Part shown: one piece after another, positions 43,254 to 56,030 of the stretch
Position numbering within the stretch: position 1 is the stretch's first letter
How the letters are laid out: every line of letters begins with the position of its first letter
Origin: Octopus vulgaris
Taxonomy: Eukaryota
Length of the DNA stretch: 64,000 nt
Direction: 5' to 3'
Assembly (NCBI GenBank): GCA_951406725.2
Contig: OX597814.1
Location: 33,418,001 to 33,482,000, forward strand
The notes under the pieces: model-generated
What the model was told of the DNA's origin: nothing
The model's input: only the letters and a program-made list of their open reading frames with translations
Database searches by the model: none
Program-made: the position numbers and the translations under genes

Positions 43254-43683
43254 GGCGTGGCTGTGTGGTAAGAAGCTTGCTTCCCAACCACGTGGTTCAG
43301 GGTTCAGTCCCACTGCATGGCACCTTGGGCAAGTGTCTTCTGCTATAACCTCGGGTTGACCAAAACCACGTGAGTGCATTTGGTAGATGGAAACAGAAAG
43401 GAGCCTGTCATATATAGTAGAAGAGACTTGCCCAAGGTGCCACGCAGTGAGACTGAACCCTGAATCACGTGAATGTGCCTCTGTATGTGTGTGTGTTTGT
43501 TTGTTTGTGGCTGTTTTTGTCCCCCATCACCGCTTGTCAACTGGTGTTGGTGTGTCATGTCCGCGTATATTAGCGGTTCGGCAAAAAGAGACCGATAGAT
43601 TAAGTACTAGGCTTTAAAAAAATAAGTCCTGGGGTCGATTTGGTCGACTAAAACCCTTTTATGCAGTGACCCAGCATGGCCGC
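43254..43683 (+). mobile_element. SINE family A with an internal inverted head fragment
   Basis: Head and tail present; 43414-43462 is the reverse complement of head sequence. Confidence 0.8.
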
Positions 43684-43687
43684 ATAC

Positions 43688-44301
43688 AGTGTACCGTGGC
43701 ATGTGGAAGGTCGAAATAGACAAAATCCTTTCACATCTCTAAAAAGATTTAAAAAGTATGGAAGACCCTACATACAAAAAGCTATATCCATATAGGTCCA
43801 TTTATGCGGGGGCTCTGGGCAAGATGTTTAGTGCATAACTATTCTTGGGACATAAGAAATGTGTGCGTAAAGTTTGGTAAAAATTAGTTGAGAATTGTGG
43901 AAATGTATGCGTTCAGAGTTCTTATTCAGTCTAATCAGCGTCGCTGGTGGAGAGTGGAAATAAATAAATACACAAAATCCTTTCACTTTTATAAAAAGAT
44001 TGAAAAAGTATGGAAGTCCCTACAGATTATAAAACCGCTGATTAATTCAAATGATTAAGAATCATCTATTTTTGGTTCCTCATCATTCTAGAGGCCTCAA
44101 TATCGATTTTTTTAAAAATTTAAGTAGGCTATATTCGAGGCTGGGATATGAAGCAGCTGTGTATAAAATTTTAAAGAAATCGGATGAAAGATGTCAAAGT
44201 TATTGACGTACATTAAATGTTTGTACACACACTTACTCACACAAAAACATACACACACACGCACACACAGAGAAAACTTCAATTTTATAAATATTAGAAG
44301 A
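43688..44301 (-). mobile_element. Helitron/HINE-like non-autonomous element
   Basis: Minus-strand 5' end a|TCttctaatatttataaaattg followed by a (TG)n tract. Internal direct repeat (acaaaatcctttcac...gtatggaag.ccctaca, twice). 3' end not clear. Confidence 0.5.
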
Positions 44302-44304
44302 TAT

Positions 44305-44472
44305 ATACGATGGGCTGCTATCAGTTTCGGTCTACGAAATCCACTTACAACACTTTGATCGGCCCGAGGTTATAGTAGAAGATACTTGCCCAAGGTGCCA
44401 TGCTGTGGGACTGAACCCGGAAACATGTGGTTGAGAAGCAAATTTCTCACCACACACCCATTTCTGCGCCTG
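44305..44472 (-). mobile_element. SINE family A head
   Basis: Reverse complement of the A head. Confidence 0.8.
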
Positions 44473-44500
44473 TATATAAATAGATAGATAGATAGATAAA

Positions 44501-45365
44501 TTTCTTTATTGGCCACAGATGGGACAAGTTACAAGGTAGAGCTTTTCTTTTGGGGTATAAAAAAAAACAAAAAAATAAAAAACAAAAGAAGCAAAAAAAA
44601 AGGTGGCGTAGGTTTTCGATCAAAAGGGATCGTAAAAGGGAAAAAAAAGAAAAAAAGGAAGAGGAACAAAGGAAAAGAGAAATGAAAAAAAGAAGAAAAA
44701 AGGGGAAGAGGAAAAAACCGATCAATAGGGATCGTGTATCACAGTGTCATGATGTATGGTGTAAAGGGGAAAGCAAGTAAGGTTTATCCGTGGGAAGAAA
44801 AGCCTACGAAAAAGACCACGGTAACCTTGGTCAATATTGTTATATGTTACCACATTTGTTTCCAAGTGGGTAACCCTCTGTTTTCAATTTCTGGGTTCAT
44901 AGGATTATGCTCAAGGTGGCTTCGTCATTCATACGTGCCATCCTTGCTACATTCACCCATCTTTTTTTAAAACGTTCACTAGACAAAACTTGCCTCTCTA
45001 CTCTCACTTTCCTTTTCAAGTGGTACTTGAAGAAGTTGATGAGAGATTGACCAGAGAGGAAAGTGTTTGTCTCCAATCCTTTCAGACGCGTCCACCAGAT
45101 GCATTCTTTTGCCATAGCCACAAGGATGATGAAAATAGCTCTTCCTTCCCGTTTGAAGGAAGGAGGCGTGACAATATTGACGATAGCTGATAAACCGAAT
45201 CGTCCCACACGTGACAGCAGTTGTTCGACATAAGCCCACAGGTCAGAAATTGTTGGACACTGCACGAGTGCGTGCAGAACGGTTTCATCGCTCAGACCGC
45301 ATCTCGGGCAGGTCGGCCCCGTGTTTCTCGAGCCGTGTCTGTAGAGCTTATACCGAACGGGTAGC
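44501..45365 (-). mobile_element. Tx1/L1-clade LINE 3' end inside (GATA)n
   Basis: [25 protein letters not shown] (CCHC/zf-RVT-like), KECIWWTR; 3' UTR ends aataaagaaa; (TAGA)n on both sides. Confidence 0.85.
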
Positions 45366-45370
45366 GATAA

Positions 45371-45438
<68 letters not shown>

Positions 45439-45475
45439 GTAGGTAGGTAGGTAGGTAGGTAGGTATGTAGGTAGG

Positions 45476-45557
<82 letters not shown>

Positions 45558-45559
45558 TG

Positions 45560-46566
45560 TTTCTTTATTAACCACACAGGGCTGCACACAGACGGGACAA
45601 ATAACATGGTAGAGCTTTTCTTTTTGGGGATAAAAAAGGGGGTTTTGTTTTTCGACCAAAAGGGATCGTAAAAGGAAAGAAAGAGGATAGCAAAAAAAGG
45701 TGGGGGGAGAGGGGGATAAAAATTAAAGGAAAAAAAAATCGATCAATAGGGATCGTTATCACAGAAATGTCAATATAAAGTGTAAAGGGGAGGACAAGTG
45801 AGGTTTACCCGTGGAAAGAAAAGCCTACGGAAAAGACCACGGTAACCTCGGTCAATGAAGTCACATGTTATATTAATTTTTACGGTTCATAGGATCATAG
45901 TCAAGATGGCTTCGTCATTCATACGTGCCATCCTTGCTACATTCACCCATCTTTTTTTAAAACATTCGCTAGACAAAACTTGCCTCTCTACTCTCACTTT
46001 CCTTTTCAAGTGGTACTTGAAGAAGTTGATGAGAAATTGACCAGAGAGGAAAGTGTTTGTCTCCAATCCTTTCAGACGCGTCCACCAGATACATTCTTTC
46101 GCCATAGCCACAAGGATGATGAAAATAGCTCTTCCTTCCCGTTTGAAGGAAGGAGGCGTGACGATATTAACGATAGACTCGGCTGATAAACCGACACGTC
46201 CCACACGTGACAGCAGTCGTTCGATATAAGCCCACAGGTCGGAGATTTTTGGACACTGCACGATTGCGTGCAGAACGGTTTCGTCGCTCTGAACGCATCT
46301 CGGGCAGGTCGGCCCCATGTTTCTCGAGCCATGCCTATAGACTTTATCCCGAACGGGTAGCACTTCTCGGTAGCACTGCCAGGCCAGGGATCTCTGGAAG
46401 TTGTCCATAGGTCCCGGCGCGAAAGTCGTCTCAAACAGGTGGGTCAGGTATTCCTTGTCGACGCCCAGGTTCGCCCCAAGATCGTCGTCGTACCTCCTCT
46501 CCACTAATCCCCTATAAAATGCTCGGGTTGTGTTGAAGTCACTCAAGTTCCTTATCCAACTTTACT
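45560..46566 (-). mobile_element. Tx1/L1-clade LINE 3' end, second copy (219-aa open frame)
   Basis: SLAWQCYREVLPVRDKV..CPRCVQSDETVLHAIVQC..WAYI..KECIWWTR; nearly identical to the first copy over the ORF. Confidence 0.88.
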
Positions 46567-46570
46567 TTCC

Positions 46571-46603
<33 letters not shown>

Positions 46604-46772
46604 TGTATGTATGCATATATGTATGTATGTATGTATGTACATATGTATATATATATGCATGTATATATGTAAATATATATATACATATATGTATTGTGTA
46701 TGTGTGTTTGTGCGTGTGCATGATTATACATATATAATCATATATATATATATATCTATATATATATATATG

Positions 46773-46864
<92 letters not shown>

Positions 46865-47339
46865 TATGAGATTTTGGCAAAAACTGTGTAGTATGGTACG
46901 AGAAGATTGTCAACAATTATTGTCTGCCTGATGTTAGCATTCATTTGAAATGCTCTTTCTACAGGAATTCCAATGTATCCGTAGAGTATATAAATGTATC
47001 ATCTCTTCTAGCTGGTCGACAATGCACAGCTGCATTCGATAAATTGCAAGTAGGGGAACATACCCCTACCACCTTCTAGCGATGGGACCAGCATACGAGT
47101 GTGGTTTCGGGCTATTTCTACCTCTTTTCAGTACTGGACACCTCGTCTGTTAGAGATTTCTACCACGCTAGAAAATGGTAAGTGTTCGTTCCCCTGCTCG
47201 CAATATATCGGACGTAGCTGCGCATCGTTAACCAGCTAGAGCCGATGTCCTCTTGAGATTAAAATGTCGTAGTAAATTCCGCTCGAACGGAACAGGCATG
47301 TTGAACACGTATGTGTGTGTGTCCGTGTGTGCAAGGTGC

Positions 47340-48390
47340 AGTGTAGAACTTTTTTTCAGGAAAGACATTTATTGATTTCAAAGTACTTCAAAACTCAAAT
47401 CTCCTTCAAAGTAGAACCCTCTGATACCCACTTCGTGAATGCCTCATTAAATTCATTTATGTCCTCTGAAGGTGTTTGGAGCCCTTGTCAGAGCTTCCTC
47501 CTTCAGGGAACAATCAAAAATCAAAAGGAGCAAAGTCTGGACTGCAGGGAAGGTAAGGAACAGTTTTAATGCCTATCTCTGTCAAGTAGATCTATTTCTT
47601 TATTGCCCACAGGGAGGCCAAATATAGAGGGGACGAACAAGGACAGACAAAGGGATTAAGTCGATTACATCGACCCCAGTGCGTAACTGGTACTTAATTT
47701 ATCGACCCCGAAAGGATGAAAGGCAAAGTCCACCTTTGCGGAATTTGAACTCAGAACGTAACGGCAGTCGAAATACCTATTTCTTTACTACCCACAAGGG
47801 GCTAAACACAGAGAGGACAAACAAGGACAGACAAACGGATTAAGTCGATTATTTCGACCTCAGTGCGTAACTGGTACTTATTTAATCGAGCCCGAAAGGA
47901 TGAAAGGCAAAGTCGACCTCGGCGGAATTTGAACTCAGAACGTAGCGGCAGACGAAATACCGCTGAGCATTTCGCCCAGCGTGCTAACGTTTCTGCCAGC
48001 TCGCCGCCTCCGTCAAGTAGATCGTTACCAGAATGCTCGTCACTAAGCGCTCTGAAAACGAACTTTGCACAAATTTTACGCATTTTAAGATCTTCGTGAA
48101 TAAGTCTGTGTACAGTTGCCGCACCAACTCAACTCTGAACGCTTATAGTATTTATAGACGAACAACACTCTTCATCCAGAAAATACCGAATTTTCTAAAT
48201 CAGGTCTGATATTCTGACGTCCCTCTCCCTCCTACACCTCGCATCATCTCTCACCTCTTCTCTATCGTCCTTGATCCTCTTGTACAAGTGAAAAAGTCGA
48301 TAATTTCCGGTAGCCTTTTTTGTCCAGTTTAACAGACAATTTTATTTCACAACGAACTACCAAATTGTCTTCACGCCCCGACTGCATTCT
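47340..48390 (-). mobile_element. Mariner deletion derivative interrupted by a SINE
   Basis: YKRIKDDREEVRDDAR..TVHRLIHEDLKMRKICAKFVFRALSDE (HTH and WVP-like motif) and C-terminal GFYFEGD. Confidence 0.75.
47593..48011 (-). mobile_element. SINE family C dimer with a 12-bp TSD
   Basis: gtcaagtagatc at 47581-47592 and 48012-48023 flanks two tandem C units. Confidence 0.9.
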
Positions 48391-48524
48391 GCAAACTAAT
48401 CAGCTGTGACAAGCGGTGTTTTGTAGGATGCGTTCAAAGTGAAGTTACAGCAGCCTCCTTGAATCTGGAAAAACAAAAGTTGGCAGGTCAGCTTATTAGA
48501 TGTATAACAAGGATAAACTACAAT

Positions 48525-48838
48525 TACAACAACTGGCACTCTGTCGATTACGACGACAAGGATTCCAGTTGATCCGATCAACGGAATAGCCTGCACGTGA
48601 AATTAACGTGCAAGTAGCTGAGCACTCCACAGACACGCGTACCCATAACGTAATTCTCAGAGACATTCATCATAACACAGAATGTGAGAAGGCTTGCCAT
48701 TTGAATTACAGGTACAAGTTAATTTTGCCAGCTGAGTGGACAGGAGCAGCGTAAAATAAAGTGTCTTGCTCAAGAACACAACACGCCGACATAAATCGAA
48801 CGTGAGTCGAATACCCTAACCAATAAGCCATGCGCCTA
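48525..48838 (-). mobile_element. Chimeric SINE: D-type core with B-type tail
   Basis: The reverse complement has a tRNA-like head, gtgttcttgagcaagacactttatt, then the B tail (gtggagtgctcagc..ccgttgatcggatcaac). Confidence 0.7.
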
Positions 48839-48984
48839 CGAGAATAGAGGACATATAACTGTCTCTCCATAAAAAGTCTGAAACTCTCTGGAATGTACCT
48901 CGTATATACATGGAGATACGTACGTACACTTTCTTCAAGCAACTACAAACGAACAAAGAAACTCCTAGCAATGAAACACTTTTA

Positions 48985-49578
48985 ACACGTGGGCGAAATG
49001 CTTAGCGGTATTTTGTCTGTCTTTACGTTCTGAGATCAAATTCCGCCGAGGTTGACTTTGCCTTTCATCCTTTCGGGCTCGATTAAATAAGTACCAGTTA
49101 CGCACTGGAGTCGATATAATAGACTTAATCCTTTTGTCTGTCCTTGTTTGTCCTCTCGGTGTTTAGCCCCTTGTAGGTAGTAAAGAAATAGGTATTCCGT
49201 CTGCCGTTACCTTCTGAGTTCAAATTCCGCCGAGGTCAACTTTGCCTTTCATCCTTTCGGGGTCGATAAATTAAGTACCAGTTACGCACTGGGGTCGATG
49301 TAATCGACTTAATCTGTTTGTCTGTCCTTGTTTGTCCCCTCTATGTTTAGCCCCTTGTGGGCAACAAAGAAATAAGAAACATCAGCACGCTGGGCGAAAT
49401 GCTTAGCGGTATTTCTTCTGTTTTTACGTTCCGAGTTCAAATTCCGCCGAGATTGGCTTTGCCTTTCATCCTTTCGGGGTCGATAAATTAAGTACCAGTT
49501 GTTACTGGAGTCGATTTAATCGACTGGCCCCACTGCCCCCAAAATTTCGGGACTTATGCCTAGAGAAGAAAAGGATAT
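48985..49578 (+). mobile_element. SINE family C trimer
   Basis: Same three-unit architecture and junctions as 20666-21262. Confidence 0.9.
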
Positions 49579-49956
49579 TTATGTCTGCACGTTTTTATAT
49601 ACCGTTCATACAAGTACCCTTACACACACTCTCACATTTTCTATCTCTCTTTGTCTCTCTTTTTCTCTCTTTCCCGCCATCCTATTTCCGTCTTACTCAA
49701 ATCCTCTTTTCAGAATATCCTTGTCTTTCTCTCTTTCTTTCTTTCTTCCTAACAGTTTTATATTAACTTATCCACACAATATGTCTCCATACAGCGCGAG
49801 CGGTCGCGTTGTAAACGAATTTTTTTTTTTTAACAGCGCAGCTATGTCTACGCCCGATTTTGTTTTTCATCCTTCTAGGAGCCATCAAAAGAAATATAAG
49901 ACACGTTTAATGATCGAATATATCGACTGTACACACTGACAAAATGTGTAGTACTT

Positions 49957-50292
49957 GTTAGTTAGTTAGTTAGTTAGTTAGTTAATTTGGCTCAAAAGCA
50001 AATAGCAAGGCCATGTAGGGGGACATGGAGTTAAGTACAGGGTGGTGTTCATGTAAAGAGTTCAGGCCACTTGAGGTCAAGGGAGGCTTTGAACAAAGCG
50101 GTCGTCGGCATCTTCACCATCTCGTCTGGCAGCTTGTTCCACGGATCCGCAACCCGGACGGAGAAAGCTCCTCTCCTTCGATTGACATGAAATCGTCGCA
50201 GGTAGAGCTTTTCGGAATGACCCCGCAGCCGACGCTCTGGAGCAGGAGTGAAGAACAGCTCTTTCGAGAGGTTACACTTTCCGCTTATGATG
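49957..50292 (-). mobile_element. CR1 LINE 3' end with (CTAA)n tail
   Basis: LFFTPAPERRLRGHSEKLYLRRFHVNRRRGAFSVRVADPWNKLPDEMVKMPTTALFKASLD. Confidence 0.9.
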
Positions 50293-50577
50293 TTGTGGGC
50301 GAGAATGAGATTTTGCCCCTTTACGCTCTGGGTTCAAATCTCACCTAGATCGACATTCCGTTAATGTTTCTGGGGGCGGGGGGCGAATAATTGCGTACCA
50401 TACTTAACCCTTACACCTCACACAATATGTGTGGCATTGTGACTTGTGCTCAATTAATCCCTTTTTTTTTTCTTTTTCTTTTTCATCTCTATTCTTTGTT
50501 TTCGTTTCCGCATTTATGTCGCGGTAACAACACTCAAACATCGGTAGATACTTTATCCGTGTCTGTATACACAAGCG

Positions 50578-50626
<49 letters not shown>

Positions 50627-50689
50627 GCACACAGGCATATATACGTATGTGTGTGTATATGTATGTGTATATATATATATATACACACA

Positions 50690-50732
<43 letters not shown>

Positions 50733-51010
50733 ACAATTGAGGGTAAAATTAATTAATTAATCAATTTCACCAAGTGTTCAGTATGTAAAAGGACCATTTA
50801 AGGCGAATTCAAAATATTACATTATATAATTAGGGCTTAGTAAAATAAATTACTTTGCCACATACTGAACTTAGTAGAAATAGCAGCCCAAAAAAATTTT
50901 CTTAGCATTTCTACAACTTAAAAGAAAATTTCTCTCAGATAATGTTTACTCCAGACAGCCCACGAAGGTTTGGAGGTAAATACAGAAAAATATCACAAGT
51001 ACATAGATCG

Positions 51011-51073
51011 TTTGAGTACGTCAACGTTTCAAGATTAGCCAAATAAAATCAGCATTTCTTTCGTCAGCTCAAA
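51011..51073 (-). ncRNA. Type I hammerhead ribozyme matching the full core consensus
   Basis: tttgag-CTGACGA-aaga..gctga..ttggc..tctt-GAAA-cgt tg acg-TA-ctcaaa. Confidence 0.88.
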
Positions 51074-51573
51074 ATTTCTTAATTTGGATTTGGAAACACT
51101 AAAAAGAAGGAACTTTACCTATCAGCGGACTTGTCGCTTCAGATGAACCACTCCAACTAGCAGTATCAACAAATTCAAAATGCGCAGGCGTAAATCTCTG
51201 CAATCTCCTTCCACCACGTGGTCTATCTAGCAAACATTATATTTTAACCGCGAGAACCGAGGCAGTATGACCGAGAGAAATGAATTATAATATCAACAAT
51301 TGAGGGTAAAATTAATTAATTAATCAATTTCACCAAGTGTTCAGTATGTAAAAGGACCATTTAAGGCGAATTCAAAATATTACATTATATAATTAGGGCT
51401 TAGTAAAATAAATTACTTTGCCACATACTGAACTTAGTAGAAATAGCAGCCAAAAAAAATTTTCTTAGCATTTCTACTACTTAAAAGAAAATTTCTCTCA
51501 GATAATGTTTACTCCAGACAGCCCACGATGGTTTGGAGGTAAATACAGAAAAATATCACAAGTACATAGATCG

Positions 51574-51636
51574 TTTGAGTACGTCAACGTTTCAAGATTA
51601 GCCAAATAAAATCAGCATTTCTTTCGTCAGCTCAAA
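51574..51636 (-). ncRNA. Type I hammerhead ribozyme, second copy
   Basis: Identical to 51011-51073. Confidence 0.88.
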
Positions 51637-51692
51637 ATTTCTTAATTTGGATTTGGAAACACTAAAAAGAAGGAACTTTACCTATCAGCGGA

Positions 51693-51738
<46 letters not shown>

Positions 51739-51739
51739 C

Positions 51740-51815
<76 letters not shown>

Positions 51816-52926
51816 TCGACAGACAGATAGATAGACGTACAGATATAGACACAAACATACATGGATACATGCCTATATACAAACAAATATACACATACTC
51901 ACATACAAACCCCACCACCTAAGCTACCTTCGTGTGGCTACAGCTAAAGGACTTACGTATTAGACACAAAGGAAAACAACGTTTTACAAAAATACGTTCA
52001 TTCACATATCTATTATACTTACTCTGCTGTGTATCATTACTAATACCACACCAGGAGTAACGTGACTGCAGGCTACAGGGAAGAACTCAACAGGAATTTG
52101 ATCTGGTCGAGAATAGACGCATGTATGCATGTATGTATGTATGTATGTATGTATGTATGTATGTATGTATGTATGTACGTATGCGTATATATGTATGTAT
52201 GCGTGTGTATGTATGCGTGTGTATGTATGTATACGTGTGTATGTATGTATGTATGTGTGTATGTATTATGCATGTATGTATGGATGTATGTATGCGTGTG
52301 TACGTATGTATGTATGTGTGTGTATGTATGTATGTATGTGTATGTGTGTATGCATGTGTGTCTATACAGAAATATATATACGTATATGTACATGTTATAT
52401 ATATGTTTGTGTATATATATATATATATATATATCATATATATATATATAGATAGATGTATGAATGAATGTGTATATGCGTGTATTTAGACAGATATATG
52501 CTTATATATGAATGTGTATGAGTGTATGCGTGTATGTATGCAAAAACATATATGTATATGTACATGTTATATACATATATGCGTGCATATATATATATAT
52601 ACACATACACACATATAGATAGATGTATGAATGCATGTGTATATGCGTGTATTTAGACAAAGATATATGTTCATGTATGTATGTATATACACATATATAT
52701 GTATATGTATGTATATATGTGTGTGTGTGTGTGTGTATCTGCGAAAACCAAACAGAAACCAACACACACACACAAACACAAAGACACTCACGGACGCCTT
52801 GTGTGAGACACAGACAAGGACGAACACACACACGCACTCGGGAAAATAATAACGCAGAGAGACACAAACAATCGAACAGTTTCATGCGCACAAACACACA
52901 CACAGACACAAACACAACACAAACAT

Positions 52927-52970
<44 letters not shown>

Positions 52971-53142
52971 TCGCGGTCTCGGAACTAACACACACACTCG
53001 CATTGGGGGTATACGTTAACATGCAAATCCACTGACGGACATAAACTCCAACATACCTGCGCATACCGAAACATCCCACACAGAGGTATGAACAGACATA
53101 GACGCATAGACGCGGGAATATACATGCACACTGACACGCAGC

Positions 53143-53198
<56 letters not shown>

Positions 53199-53201
<3 letters not shown>

Positions 53202-53513
53202 TTGCGGCCAAAATGTTCAGAACGGCATTGTTTTCGCCAGAAAAGTAGGTATAAGTTTTTATCAAAGTTGTTTTATATTCTATAATTTTCACAGACAATA
53301 AATACGATATTAATTGTTATTGTCTGAGATTTTAGTGTAATTTGAGAGAATAATACAAAAGTTATGGATGATTACACCAAAATCTCAGACAATAACGATC
53401 AATATTGTATTTATTGTCTGTGAAAATTATAGAATATAAAACAACTTTGATAAAAACTTATACCTACTTTTCTGGCGAAAACAATGCCGTTCTGAACATT
53501 TTGGCCGCAACTC
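53199..53513. mobile_element. Tc1-type MITE (about 140-bp TIRs, about 30-bp spacer) in (TA)n
   Basis: CAGTTGCGGCCAAAATGTTCAG ... CTGAACATTTTGGCCGCAACT with TA flanks. Confidence 0.88.
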
Positions 53514-53539
53514 TATATATATATATATATTTATATTTT

Positions 53540-53919
53540 AACAATTGAGGGTAAAATTAATTAATTATTAATCAGTTTCACCAAGTGTTCAGTATGCAAA
53601 GGGACCATTTAAGGCGAATTCAAATTATTACATTATATAAAAGGGCTTAGTAAAATAAATTACTTCGCCGCATACTGAACTCATTAGAAATAGCAGCTAA
53701 AAATCTTTTTAAAGCTATTTCTAATACTTAAAGAAAATCTCTCTCATATATAGCGTTTGCCTAATTCAACTCACTGTGAGTTGAATTAGGCAAACGCTAT
53801 ATATGAGAGAGATTTTCTTTAAGTATTAGAAATAGCTTTAAAAAAGATTTTTAGCTGCTATTTCTAATGAGTTCAGTATGCGGCGAAGTAATTTATTTTA
53901 CTAAGCCCTTTTATATAAT
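53540..53919. repeat. Relative of the 50731 repeat ending in a near-perfect ~290-bp palindrome centred at ~53775
   Basis: ...cctaattcaactcac t gtgagttgaattagg...; arms ~53632-53774 / 53776-53919. Confidence 0.9.
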
Positions 53920-54074
53920 ATATATATTTATATATATATATATTAGAAGGTTTGGAGATGATGTTCAGGTATTTTATATTAGAAGAAATGAGGTACACAG
54001 AAACCATCCGAATTTCTGAGTACCTCATTTTTTCTAATATATATAAGTATGCATGTATATATATATATATTCTT

Positions 54075-54422
54075 CTATTTTAGTCGGGAAAATTGACCCC
54101 AGAACATATCCTTTGTAAGCCTAGGACTTGTTCTATCGGTACTCTTTTGCCGAACAGCTAACTTACGGGGACGTAAACAAACCAACATCGGTTGCCAATC
54201 GACAGCGGGGGACAAACACAGACACACAAACATATACATATACATATATAAATACGACGGGCTTCTTCCAGTTTCCGTCTACCAAATCCACTCACAAGGC
54301 ATCGGTCGGTCGGCCCGAAGCTATAGTAGAAGTCACTTGCACAAGGGGCCACGCAATGGGACTGAGCCCGGATCCATGTGGCTGGTTAACAAGCACCTTA
54401 CCACACAGTCACTTCTGCGCCT
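54075..54422 (-). mobile_element. SINE family A
   Basis: Reverse complement of family A. Confidence 0.85.
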
Positions 54423-54450
54423 ATATATAATAATATATATATATGTGTAT

Positions 54451-54507
<57 letters not shown>

Positions 54508-54587
54508 TATAATTATACATATATACATATATATATATATACATACATATATACACACACACACCCATATACATATATATACATATC

Positions 54588-54781
54588 AGGAGTGGCTGTG
54601 TGGCAAGTAGCTTACTTACCAATCACATGGTTCCTGGTTCAGTCCTACTACGTGGCACCTTGAGCAAGTGTCTTCTAGTATAGCCTCTTGCCGACCAAAG
54701 CCTTGGTAGACTTGGTAGACGGAAACTGAAAGAAGCCCGTTGAATATATATATATTATATATATGTAAGTGTGTGTATATG

Positions 54782-54820
<39 letters not shown>

Positions 54821-54988
54821 AACATCGCTTGACAACCGATGGTGGTGTTTTGATGTCCCCGTAACTTAGCGGTTCGGCAAAAGTGTACGATAGAATAAGT
54901 ACTAGGCTTACAAAGAATAAGTCCTGCGGTTGATTTGCTCGACTAACGGCGGTGCTCCAGCATGAAACAACTAAAAGAGTAAAAGAGT
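54588..54988 (+). mobile_element. SINE family A
   Basis: Collinear with family A. Confidence 0.85.
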
Positions 54989-55214
54989 ATATATATATAT
55001 GTATGTATGTGTGTGTGTGTGTGTGTTCGGAGATATGTAAAGGCATACATATCCTTACATACACGTACACAAATGCACGCACACGCGCGCTCGCACACAC
55101 GCGCGCACGCACACACACACATAACAATGAAGTTAACTATTGTGGCATGAACTTTGTTTCTTCGCTGTTCTCGCATTTGTTGTTATTAATTAATGTTCTG
55201 TTCTATTTAGTCAT

Positions 55215-55917
55215 TACGACAACAACAACTACTACTACTACTCCTACTACTGCTGCTACTGCTATTACCACCACTACTCGTACTACCGCTAGTATGGCAA
55301 AGATAGTGTCGGTGTCGACGAGAAAATATTAGCTGCTGCTTCTAGTGCTTCTGCAACGACGACAAAGATGGCGTCGACAATCGACAAGAAAAACATTAAC
55401 TACCACCACCTCTACAAAACCACTAACACCATCATGTCTGCCGCTGCCACTACCACCAGCACCATCACTATTACTGCTACTGCTGCCACTGTCGCTGCTT
55501 CTGCTGTTGTTGTTGATGATGATGATGATGATGGTGATGATGATACATCAATTAATATGGCGGCGATTACAAAAGCTAGTGGCAAAAATAATATTAACAA
55601 TAACAAAAATAACATAAGCAATAACTATTAAAACTACTACATATACTGCTACTACTATTACAACTACCACTAACACTACTACCACCACCACCACCGCCAC
55701 CACCACTTTTACCAATATGTTGTCGGCAGTAGCGATATCCATCAACACACCACCAAAAACAATGGCTGCTGTAGTGTTGCCAACATTAGCATCGCCAACT
55801 CCACCTTCCCCATCGCCATCCCAACCACTCACATCATCATCCTCATAATGAGAAACATTACCTGTACGTCTACTATACTGCTACTACTACTACTACTATT
55901 ACTACTACTACTACCAC

Positions 55918-55976
<59 letters not shown>

Positions 55977-56030
55977 TATTAACAACAGCAACAACAACAA
56001 ACAACTGCAACAACGATAGCCACAATAACG
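55215..56030. repeat. Trinucleotide-rich low-complexity region: ACT/ACC/GAT/AAT/AAC
   Basis: Seen directly. Confidence 0.9.

Larger units (their letters stand above)
50731..51695 (-). mobile_element. Retrozyme-like element: two ~402-bp direct repeats, each with an HHR, and a ~161-bp spacer
   Basis: Repeats 50731-51132 and 51294-51695 (period 563), non-coding, flanked by (TA)n. Confidence 0.8.

Noticed and set aside
50025-50348. 107-aa plus-strand ORF (and its duplicate at 57136)
   Set aside because: Antisense frame of a CR1 3' end.
53575-53690. Minus-strand ctaatga-gttcagtatgc...gcatactgaac-acttggt-gaaa as a second HHR or a SECIS
   Set aside because: The core is non-canonical, with a 7-nt insertion before GAAA, and it is not conserved in the 50731 copies (ctactaa).
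55345-55832. Thr/Ala/Asp-rich mucin-like ORFs
   Set aside because: Mosaic of trinucleotide repeats, open in several frames on both strands, with no domain signal.
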